From contig JBBSWF010000024.1 in NCBI GenBank assembly GCA_038046365.1, forward strand, positions 1-48,668: a stretch of 48,668 bases of DNA. The letters run 5' to 3'. Both the position numbers and the translations under genes were made by a program. This document shows, piece after piece, positions 8,341-15,663 of this stretch; position 1 is the first letter of the stretch; each line of letters opens with the position of its first letter. The DNA comes from Nanobdellota archaeon. GTDB taxonomy: Archaea > Nanobdellota > Nanobdellia > Woesearchaeales > JAGWAF01. The notes beneath the pieces were generated by a model that was not told the origin of the DNA, searched no databases, and saw only the letters and a program-made list of their open reading frames with translations.

Positions 8341-8354
8341 TGTTTAAATAGACG

Positions 8355-9128
8355 GTGACCCCGGCCACAATTATGGACACGCGAGTGCTACAAGAGCTGG
8401 GACTCACTGATGGGGAGATCAAGGTGTACCTGGCGCTCGTAGGGTTGGGCGAGACGACCTCCGGACCGCTTGTAGAAGAGTCGGGTGTATCTGTGTCCAA
8501 GGTCTACACTATACTGAACAGATTGGCCAAGAAAGGTCTGGCGAGCCACACATTCAAGAGGGGGACGAAATACTTCCGGGCCGCCGATCCTAATCGACTG
8601 GTCGACTTCGCAGAGGACCAGGAAGAACAATTGAAGAAAAGGATTGCTGACCTGAAAAATCTGATACCTGAACTTGAGATCCGGCAGCAATCCATCCGCG
8701 TAGAAGAGACCGCGCAGGTATTCGACGGACTCCGAGGGATACAGACAGCGCGAGAACGGACATTAAAGATAATGAAACCTGGCGATGAGATGTGGATAGT
8801 CGGGATCGCGACGACGCCTTACGACCGGTTGACCCCTTATTTTCAAGAGTATCATAAGCGAAGATATGAGAAAGGGATCAAATGCAGATATCTCTACAAT
8901 GAATACGCACGCAAACCATTCGGTGAGGTGTCAAAGAAATATCCACTGAGCGAAGTAAAATTCATGCCAGAGGGTATGATCACACACGCTTGGATGGAGA
9001 TATATGCTGATACTGTGACGATCGGATTAAACTACAAGAAATCATTCTCTGTCGTGATCCAGAACCAGGAAGTCGCCGACTCGTTCCGGAATTATGCTTC
9101 CTTGATGTGGAGCATAGCCACTCCTTGA
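8355..9128 (+). CDS. TrmB-family transcriptional regulator
   Basis: N-terminal LGLTDGEIKVYLALVGLGETTSGPLVEESGVSVSKVYTILNRLAKKGL is a typical TrmB wHTH. 257 aa (GTG 8355, ATG 8373). Confidence 0.75.
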   Translation: MTPATIMDTRVLQELGLTDGEIKVYLALVGLGETTSGPLVEESGVSVSKVYTILNRLAKKGLASHTFKRGTKYFRAADPNRLVDFAEDQEEQLKKRIADLKNLIPELEIRQQSIRVEETAQVFDGLRGIQTARERTLKIMKPGDEMWIVGIATTPYDRLTPYFQEYHKRRYEKGIKCRYLYNEYARKPFGEVSKKYPLSEVKFMPEGMITHAWMEIYADTVTIGLNYKKSFSVVIQNQEVADSFRNYASLMWSIATP

Positions 9129-9179
9129 ACTTGTCTGCTCCATCTAGGCGTTCAGGAAGATATTTAAGCGTACCATCCC

Positions 9180-9392
9180 TTGCACCAATCTATGGAAATC
9201 AAAGTAATATTGGAACCTCAAGAAGAAGGCGGATTCACTGTATATGTCCCCTCTTTGCCGGGATGTGTCTCACAAGGAGAGACTAGAGCCGAAGCTCTGA
9301 AAAACATCAAAGAAGCCATCGAACTCCATCTGGAAGCCGATGATAACGAGCTTGTCCTTTACGAAGGCGAAGTCGCCAAGATAGCGGTATGA
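9180..9392 (+). CDS. hicB: HicB-family antitoxin (UPF0150-like)
   Basis: FTVYVPSLPGCVSQGETRAEALKNIKEAIELHLE motif. Probable ATG at 9192. Overlaps the next gene by ATGA. Confidence 0.8.
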   Translation: MHQSMEIKVILEPQEEGGFTVYVPSLPGCVSQGETRAEALKNIKEAIELHLEADDNELVLYEGEVAKIAV

Positions 9393-9607
9393 AACTCCCT
9401 CAGATCTCTGGAATCGACCTCATCAAGAAGCTGCGCGACCAGGGTTTTGTGGTCGTGAGACAGAAAGGGAGCCACATACGGCTAGAGAAAAACACTCCGG
9501 AAGGCGTGATAAAGATCACTGTGCCGAACCATCCTGTCTTGAAGAAAGGAACCCTTCACCACATACTCAAGGATGCGGGGGTAGATCCGGACACAATCTT
9601 CATGTGA
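9389..9607 (+). CDS. hicA: HicA-family toxin (mRNA interferase)
   Basis: 72 aa. The ISGIDLIKKLRDQGFVVVRQKGSHIRL core is typical of HicA/YcfA. Confidence 0.8.
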   Translation: MKLPQISGIDLIKKLRDQGFVVVRQKGSHIRLEKNTPEGVIKITVPNHPVLKKGTLHHILKDAGVDPDTIFM

Positions 9608-10075
9608 TTATTTTGTCTTCTGATCGGGCTTCTTGACCTCAGCGAGGTATTCTTTGACTCTATCGACTATAGTGCGGAGATAGAACTTCTCTATCTTCTC
9701 CTCGAAGATCTCGATCAGGGATGAGTTCTCAGTAACGCGGTAGCTGTTGTCTGCTTTCTCTATCAGGAACAACTCCTTCAGACGCCTGATCTGCCGACGT
9801 ATGTTTGAGCCGGCCACTCCTGACTGCGCGAGCTTGTACTTCGACCTGTTCTTGATCACCGCTTCGATTATATCCTCTGCAGTGAGCGGAGTCTTGGAAT
9901 CGAGGATCACCTGGAAGACATCAACTATGACATCCCTTGAGTCACCTGGCTGAAGAAGGCCTAGCGAGAGGCATATCTTCTTCACAAGTTCACGGCGCTC
10001 AAGATTGAACGGGCGCTCATATTTTCGCAGAGTGATCTCTGCCAACGGCGTGTCCTTTGAAGTCAGGTTTCCCAT
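9608..10075 (-). CDS. Predicted winged-helix DNA-binding protein (conserved archaeal hypothetical)
   Basis: 155 aa with a mid-region resembling a wHTH (LTAEDIIEAVIKNR...SNIRRQIRRLKELFLIEK). The assignment is weak. Confidence 0.4.
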   Translation of the reverse strand: MGNLTSKDTPLAEITLRKYERPFNLERRELVKKICLSLGLLQPGDSRDVIVDVFQVILDSKTPLTAEDIIEAVIKNRSKYKLAQSGVAGSNIRRQIRRLKELFLIEKADNSYRVTENSSLIEIFEEKIEKFYLRTIVDRVKEYLAEVKKPDQKTK

Positions 10076-10170
10076 GATTGCCGACGAGGATGGGCGCTGC
10101 CTTTTGAGGCTTTGCCTCTCAAGGACGGCGACTGCCTATCCCCATATTTCCCCCAATGTATTGATCGTGA

Positions 10171-10737
10171 TTACCAACCGAACCAGGAAAGGACACGCGA
10201 GACAAATGACGTCGTGCCGTACTTGACCTCTCCTGCGAATGTGACTGCCTCGTAACGGATCTCCCGATTGTCCAATGCCGCCTTCGCGGCCATAGCAGGG
10301 TCCTTAGAGGACATAAGCTTGCGGATGACCGATTCGTCAGTGTAGACTTTCAGCGTTGGGTTGTCGATCTCTCCTCTTTGGAATTGAATGACTTTGCCAT
10401 CCTTTGTGACCGCGCCAACGATAAGAGCGTCACCTGATGACAAGTAAATCGTGCCGATGATACGTTCGTTGCCGAACAATGATTTGAGGAATGAAGGAAC
10501 CTGATCATTGTACTTGTTGATCTCAGCCGATCCCTTATCAATGAATTGGAACAGTGAGTCCGGATCTGAAAAATCCACGTTTTGGGCGCCAGTGATGTTG
10601 TCCCCTAAGATCGCGATGACTCCTATCGAAGCGAAAATCAGAATCAATCCTACTGCAGAACCACAAAAAGAAAATTGTGGCTCCCCTGCCGATGCCTTTG
10701 GTTGACTTTTGTATGTGATCTTCGGCAAAAGAGCCAC
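10171..10737 (-). CDS. Membrane-anchored hypothetical protein (single N-terminal TM helix, extracytoplasmic domain)
   Basis: The ORF is open to 10872, but the first 45 codons are low-complexity. A GTG at 10737 gives a short basic N-terminus followed by the TM segment GSAVGLILIFASIGVIAILG. Confidence 0.45.
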   Translation of the reverse strand: MALLPKITYKSQPKASAGEPQFSFCGSAVGLILIFASIGVIAILGDNITGAQNVDFSDPDSLFQFIDKGSAEINKYNDQVPSFLKSLFGNERIIGTIYLSSGDALIVGAVTKDGKVIQFQRGEIDNPTLKVYTDESVIRKLMSSKDPAMAAKAALDNREIRYEAVTFAGEVKYGTTSFVSRVLSWFGW

Positions 10738-10890
10738 CCCCTTGGTCTTTTGTGTTAAAACTTTTAAGAAAAGACTAGTATTTAATGGTTTTGATGATAG
10801 GGGGCTGGAATTGTCAATCGGACTGCTGGAAAATATAAATCTGGCCTGGATACAAAGAATAAGTCGAAGCAAAAATGGGATGATCCTGGC

Positions 10891-11910
10891 TCACTTAGCC
10901 TTCCGATACTTCCAGATCGATGAGATACCATTGTTCTCTGCCGCCGGGCGGATAGCTTCGAGGAGGAAATTGTGGATATCTTTATTGGCTGAAGCTATGA
11001 GCGTGCCTGACTCCCTGGTGATCGGGTTTCCGAACTGGTCGCTGACCATGCCTCCGGCTTCTTTGACCAGGAGCAGACCTGGATAGATATCATTGATGTC
11101 CACGCCGATGATCATGTACGCTCCTAAGCGCCCTGATGCCAATGCGCAGAGGCCATAAGAAGCAGAGCCGATGCAAGGAGTGTAGTAGACACTTTTATCG
11201 TCTGCGAAACGGCTGATTATGTGCGTGAGCTTCTGGCCGCGATCGACGTAACCCAAGTCATATCCAACTTGGATCTTGGATTTCTTTTGCGTGGTCGACA
11301 ACTTCGAAGAGCTGCCGCCTACGCAAAACCTCCATTCTTCTAATGCCATCCCCACTGTCTGATCCGTGGTGGGGTAAAACGGATAGCCGACCTTCCATAC
11401 CAAATGATCGCGATCCACAACCTCCTGGAGGTCTATCAAAAAAGCGCCCTTGCCTTTCGCGGCGACGTAAACGACGTTCTCTGAAGGAATCGCGATAGCA
11501 TTGATGAGACACTCATCTCCCTCAAGATAAGCCACTGCCTTGCCCCACTGAGGAAGGCCGTCCTTGAAGTTAGGCGTGCCGTCGATGGCGTCCAAGATCC
11601 AGAGCTTATGCTGCTTCCTTGTCCATTGAGAATCATTGCGGTCCTTCGATTCCTCGGCGAACACGGTGATGCCTGGAGTCTTGGCTTGGAAGAGCTTGGT
11701 GGTGATCTCTTCAAGATGGTTGTCCCAGTAAGTGCAGGCATCGCAGCCACCCTTGTCCTCGAGGATCATAGGCTTGCCTGACGCTTCCTTGACTTCGAAG
11801 AAACCCTGGAGGGCGGCTTCGATGGCGACAGGGACGAGCTCTTCGATGGTGTGGATGGTGGACATGGAGGGTACCTCGCTTTGTTTTTCTACTCTTGTTT
11901 GGATCTTCAC
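10891..11910 (-). CDS. Inositol-monophosphatase / FBPase-family phosphatase (long form)
   Basis: WILDAIDGTPNF (DPIDGT motif), GSASYGLCALASG and LLVKEAGGMVSD motifs. At 339 aa it is longer than typical SuhB. Confidence 0.8.
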   Translation of the reverse strand: MKIQTRVEKQSEVPSMSTIHTIEELVPVAIEAALQGFFEVKEASGKPMILEDKGGCDACTYWDNHLEEITTKLFQAKTPGITVFAEESKDRNDSQWTRKQHKLWILDAIDGTPNFKDGLPQWGKAVAYLEGDECLINAIAIPSENVVYVAAKGKGAFLIDLQEVVDRDHLVWKVGYPFYPTTDQTVGMALEEWRFCVGGSSSKLSTTQKKSKIQVGYDLGYVDRGQKLTHIISRFADDKSVYYTPCIGSASYGLCALASGRLGAYMIIGVDINDIYPGLLLVKEAGGMVSDQFGNPITRESGTLIASANKDIHNFLLEAIRPAAENNGISSIWKYRKAK

Positions 11911-12968
11911 GCCGGGAATCTGTATTGCGGCTGATCAAGTATGTGCTTCAACGCATCCCTATCTTTTAAACCAACATAGACAAGGAGGCCTCCTCTTCCT
12001 AGTGGGACCATGTTATTGTTGATTGGCTTTGGCAGGGCGATAGCGCCACTTGGGTCGGCGAGGTCGAACGTCTTCTTCCCTGCGAGGACATCGACTAGAG
12101 TGCCAAAATCCACAGCGACGAATCCCTTGTGCTGGCCCTTGTCTGCTGCGGCGTAGAAACCATTTGTCTTGATGTGCTCAGCTGTGGCGTTGACCTTGGC
12201 CTGATAGTTGAGGTCGACAGAGCTGATACCATAAGTGACGCCGATGAGATCCATCTTTGCCACATCCTTCTCAGTGATACTGGCTTCCTGGATCATCTCC
12301 TGGAACATAGATTGCTTGAAGTGGGCCAAGGCTTTCTGTCCGTCGTCGGGAAGATCGAATAACTCATACTTAGGCTCGGTGAAACCGCCTATATTGTGCC
12401 AATAACCAGGATACAATGGGGAACGGCTAGACGAACGTTTTCCGATGACGATGAGGTTGTCAGAAGTCTCGACAACGACGTCGACAGCGACCGCATTGGC
12501 GAAATAAGCCATAGGATCATCGAAGTCCCTCTGACCGTTTAGCATCAGCCTTCCATGGAACACTGGATCATACAACGCACGGACATTGGTAGCTTCGTGC
12601 TCAGGGAAGTGGGTCGGTCCGAACTTCAACGTGAGGGAACCCTCCTTTCCAAAACTATGCCCATCAAAACGGAATTTCCGGTCATCGAACTTCTTGTTCT
12701 TGGGATCATGCACAAGACCTATCAACCCTTGTTCGCCGGCCCATAACACCCTCTCGCGGACGGCAGTGTCAAAACTTCTCGATACCGGGGACTGAATGCC
12801 TCCATAGAACTTGTATGTCGATAAATCACCAGCAGTGACTGCCCGGGCAAAGCCTTTCTTTATGATGATCGATGGAGCGTTGACAACTGCATCGATTCCA
12901 TCGACGCTCTCTGGAACTATGACATGCCCGTTTGGAATATTTATCATACCTACATCCTCCTGATTCAC
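11907..12968 (-). CDS. Hypothetical protein, possible degenerate Nudix fold in the C-terminal half
   Basis: 353 aa. GKRSSSRSPLYPGYWHNIGGFTEP...FQEMIQEASI loosely resembles a Nudix box (GG-x-x-E ... E-x-x-x-E). 4-nt overlap with the IMPase-family gene. Confidence 0.45.
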   Translation of the reverse strand: MNQEDVGMINIPNGHVIVPESVDGIDAVVNAPSIIIKKGFARAVTAGDLSTYKFYGGIQSPVSRSFDTAVRERVLWAGEQGLIGLVHDPKNKKFDDRKFRFDGHSFGKEGSLTLKFGPTHFPEHEATNVRALYDPVFHGRLMLNGQRDFDDPMAYFANAVAVDVVVETSDNLIVIGKRSSSRSPLYPGYWHNIGGFTEPKYELFDLPDDGQKALAHFKQSMFQEMIQEASITEKDVAKMDLIGVTYGISSVDLNYQAKVNATAEHIKTNGFYAAADKGQHKGFVAVDFGTLVDVLAGKKTFDLADPSGAIALPKPINNNMVPLGRGGLLVYVGLKDRDALKHILDQPQYRFPA

Positions 12969-13014
12969 CGACGGGAAACCCCGGACTATTTAAAAAGGTG
13001 CTGTTCATCAACTC

Positions 13015-13734
13015 GTGGATAAACCTCACTTTTTTATCCTTCAGGCCCCTTGGGATGACATGGACAACAGATCATCGCCAACAGCCCGGAACATCCTGTT
13101 CGTGATCCATCCGACAGCATCCTACGACGTGAGCAGGAGCGCGGAACAAGGGATAAGGCACCTCGCGAGTTCTCCGGATTTCCATGAAGTCAAAATCGTA
13201 GACTCAAAACAAGGAGATCCTGGGCATAGGTACCTATCAGATGGTCCCGACTACCTTTCTGATAATGGGTCCATCCCAAAGAAAAAGATACATCTGCCCC
13301 AGCAACCGGTGACCATCACAGTCGCCGGCGGCTTCTTCAACCAATGCTTCGAGAACGGAGCGAAATCAATACTGAGAGCGTGCCCTAACCTGGAGGAACT
13401 CGTGTTCCCTCTTGAAGGGATATACCTGGACGCCTTGGCGATCGGACGAGATCATTTCTATATGGGTATCCCTCTAAATCCGAGTGTATTGCGAAAGAGA
13501 GTGCCTCGCCCCCGCCTGGGTGAGGCAGATTACACTGTGACCCTCATGACACTCCTACAGGCCGCCCTAGACCCTACAGCGGCAGAGAATGAGCTACGCA
13601 ACCATGTGAATAAATACTACAATCTACCCTACCCTGTCGAAAGCTTCTTCACCGCGCGGCACGGGCAGAGATGTCTGGCGCATCGACCATCACGCGAACT
13701 CGAAGAAGGATATCATTCGACGATGGGATATTAA
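13015..13734 (+). CDS. Hypothetical protein
   Basis: 239-aa ORF (GTG 13015, about 20 nt after TATTTAAAAA; ATG at 13060). No recognisable motifs. Confidence 0.4.
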   Translation: MDKPHFFILQAPWDDMDNRSSPTARNILFVIHPTASYDVSRSAEQGIRHLASSPDFHEVKIVDSKQGDPGHRYLSDGPDYLSDNGSIPKKKIHLPQQPVTITVAGGFFNQCFENGAKSILRACPNLEELVFPLEGIYLDALAIGRDHFYMGIPLNPSVLRKRVPRPRLGEADYTVTLMTLLQAALDPTAAENELRNHVNKYYNLPYPVESFFTARHGQRCLAHRPSRELEEGYHSTMGY

Positions 13735-13789
13735 AAAGATATTCAAACAATAACCTGCCTATTTCTTAGGTTCAACCCAGAAAACTCTC

Positions 13790-14182
13790 TTACCACTTCT
13801 CGACTGATAGGCCCGGGACATGCTTGAAGTGATCGATGTTGCGGGTGACTATAGTCGCGCCATGGCTGACGCATATGCCTGCGATGATGGTGTCAAAAGC
13901 GCCGATAGGGGTGCCTTTCTTGCGCAGAAAATTGTCAATCTCGATCTCCTGATGGACGCTGTCAAGGTCATATCCTATCGGGTCTAGAGCGTCAAAGAAT
14001 CTAAGAGCGTCTTTGAACTGCTTGCGGTTCTCCCGCGCCTTCGCCCCAGCAAGGACTTCCTGGGCATTGATTACAGTGGTCGAGAGCCGTTCGTTGTCAG
14101 CGGACAGTTCTTTGAGCTTTTTCACAGCGTCTTGGTTGTTCTTTAATATCGCGATTATCAAATCGCTATCAATAACTTTCAT
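13790..14182 (-). CDS. vapC: PIN-domain toxin VapC
   Basis: 130 aa. MKVIDSDLIIAIL N-terminus (first acidic residue) and FDTIIAGICVSHGATIVTRNIDHFKHVPGL C-terminal PIN signature. Confidence 0.8.
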   Translation of the reverse strand: MKVIDSDLIIAILKNNQDAVKKLKELSADNERLSTTVINAQEVLAGAKARENRKQFKDALRFFDALDPIGYDLDSVHQEIEIDNFLRKKGTPIGAFDTIIAGICVSHGATIVTRNIDHFKHVPGLSVEKW

Positions 14183-14427
14183 TGAATAGGCCTCTTCCTG
14201 CGCTTCTCCCAGTCAGCATCAAAGCGGCGCCGGTATTCCTTCATCGACGATTCCAGGCCTTTCTCCTCCTCTTTACTCATCTTCCACGCGCCGGCGAACT
14301 CCATCAGGTCCGGTTTTTTCTCATGGAGCAGCCTGACGAACATATCGGAGAAGCTCTCGTCAGCCGGTTTGGCCTTTGAGAGCTCTTTGTATACTCTATG
14401 TTTGATAGTGATGGTCTTGAACGACAT
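14179..14427 (-). CDS. vapB: VapB-like antitoxin
   Basis: The 82-aa product from ATG 14427 (MSFKTITIKHRVYKELSK...) overlaps vapC by 4 nt. The longer ORF to 14556 is a low-complexity extension. Confidence 0.6.
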   Translation of the reverse strand: MSFKTITIKHRVYKELSKAKPADESFSDMFVRLLHEKKPDLMEFAGAWKMSKEEEKGLESSMKEYRRRFDADWEKRRKRPIQ

Positions 14428-14554
14428 GATTATGTTTATGTTCAACATATACTTAAACTTTTGCCCCGGCCTCTCCAGAGAATGTCTTGCTCGCGGAGAG
14501 GATCTCGAAAGATTATTAAATAAGCTAGCATTATTTGAACTAAGGAGAACTAAC

Positions 14555-14788
14555 ATGACTCAAGCGCTCGTGCAACTCAGTGAGAATTCGAACAGGGTAT
14601 TGAACATCGTCAAAGCAAAGTATAACCTCAAAGACAAGTCGCAGGCAATAGAAGCGGTCATCCATCACTATATCGACTGCCAGGATGAGCCGGAACTGAG
14701 GCCTGAATTCGTGGCGAGGATATCCAAGGCTGAATCAGGCAGATTCGTCAAGGTCGCTGACTTCAGGAAGCGATACGGTGGGGATTGA
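14555..14788 (+). CDS. Small antitoxin-like protein (DUF2683-like) upstream of a RelE-like remnant
   Basis: 77 aa from ATG 14555 (MTQALVQLSENSNRVLNIVKAKYNLKDKSQAIEAVI..), preceded by AAGGAG. Its stop overlaps the ATG of the RelE-like frame (TGATG). Confidence 0.55.
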   Translation: MTQALVQLSENSNRVLNIVKAKYNLKDKSQAIEAVIHHYIDCQDEPELRPEFVARISKAESGRFVKVADFRKRYGGD

Positions 14789-15051
14789 TGCCCCACATCC
14801 TTGAGGTCTCCGAAGAGCTGGACAAACGATTCCAGAAACTGCTAAAGAAAGACAAGATCACGTTCGAGGCGTTGTCCAAGAAGATCGATGAGATCCTGTA
14901 GAACCCTGAACACTTCAAGCCGCTCAGAGCGCCGATGCAGAACAAGAGGAGAGCGCACGTGGGACCTCTCGTGCTGATATACTCTTTCGATGGGGACACT
15001 GAGGTTATCAGGCTGCTTGAATTCGAGCATCACGACAAGGCATATGAATGA
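14788..15051 (+). pseudogene. RelE/ParE-family toxin gene interrupted by an in-frame TAG (14899-14901)
   Basis: Reads MPHILEVSEELDKRFQKLLKKDKITFEALSKKIDEIL*NPEHFKPLRAPMQNKRRAHVGPLVLIYSFDGDTEVIRLLEFEHHDKAYE. The L-x-NPxxFKPL and R-x-xVG..xLIY motifs are typical of archaeal RelE, and homology continues across the stop. Confidence 0.7.
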
Positions 15052-15064
15052 CCATCCTGGCTGT

Positions 15065-15298
15065 TCAAGCCACCGCGGCCGCCTTCGCCTTCTCTAGGAC
15101 AATACGGGCTTCCCCGGAGAATGCCTTGCTGGCGGAGAGGATCTCTATAGAGATGATAGACCCGTCCTTTGCGATGTCTATGTTCACGCCGTTCGGGAGC
15201 TCGACGGTCTTCCAATATTCTCCACGCTTGAGCTCGATGTCCAGGATATCCTCGTTTTTGTCATACCAAGCTTCTTCCATCCTTTTCACTCCATCCAA
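15065..15298 (-). CDS. DUF2283-family small protein (putative antitoxin partner of DUF4258)
   Basis: 77 aa. WYDKNEDILDIEL...DIAKDGSIISIEILSASK is the typical DUF2283 pattern. Confidence 0.65.
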   Translation of the reverse strand: MDGVKRMEEAWYDKNEDILDIELKRGEYWKTVELPNGVNIDIAKDGSIISIEILSASKAFSGEARIVLEKAKAAAVA

Positions 15299-15519
15299 TA
15301 TGCTGTTATCAAACGCACTTCTCCCTTCCCTGTACGTCTATAAACTACTTTAATCTTTCTCCCCGCAGGCGGGATCCTGCAGATAGCATTGAGCAGACCC
15401 TCATGATCCCTGTCGCTGAGCGGCGGTGAGTTCTCGATGGCAAAGGTGAGCACGTCATCGCTCAGTTCTCTGCGTAAACCACGCTTCCTCTCCCAGTGCT
15501 CAGAGTACCTGATTTTCAT
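15286..15519 (-). CDS. DUF4258-family protein (putative toxin)
   Basis: From ATG 15519: MKIRYSEHWERKRGLRRELSDDVL...KVVYRRTGKGEVRLITAYW. Overlaps the DUF2283 gene. Confidence 0.6.
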   Translation of the reverse strand: MKIRYSEHWERKRGLRRELSDDVLTFAIENSPPLSDRDHEGLLNAICRIPPAGRKIKVVYRRTGKGEVRLITAYWME

Positions 15520-15663
15520 CGATCCAAGAGACAGGCCTGGATTATTAGCGATTTCCGTCGACAAACCGGATGGCATACGGCGGTTCCGCAGGGGCTGCGG
15601 GTCCCACCGGAAGAAACCATGAAAAAAGGCCTAATCACCAAAAGATCTTCGCTTAATTCGGAT

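Noticed and set aside
14179-14788. Long versions of the VapB-like (to 14556) and DUF2683-like (from 14369) ORFs, which would overlap each other head to head
   Set aside because: Homology and sensible N-termini begin at ATG 14427 and ATG 14555 (the latter preceded by AAGGAG). The extensions are low-complexity and mutually overlapping across the shared divergent promoter region.
7219-14901. Stop-codon reassignment (TGA or TAG read as sense) as an explanation for the in-frame stops in the MazF-like and RelE-like genes
   Set aside because: TGA and TAG terminate many well-supported genes here at positions matching homologue lengths (for example hicB, sufB and sufC end in TGA; the Lrp gene at 5762-5764 ends in TAG). 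No housekeeping gene contains in-frame stops. Isolated nonsense mutations are the simpler explanation.
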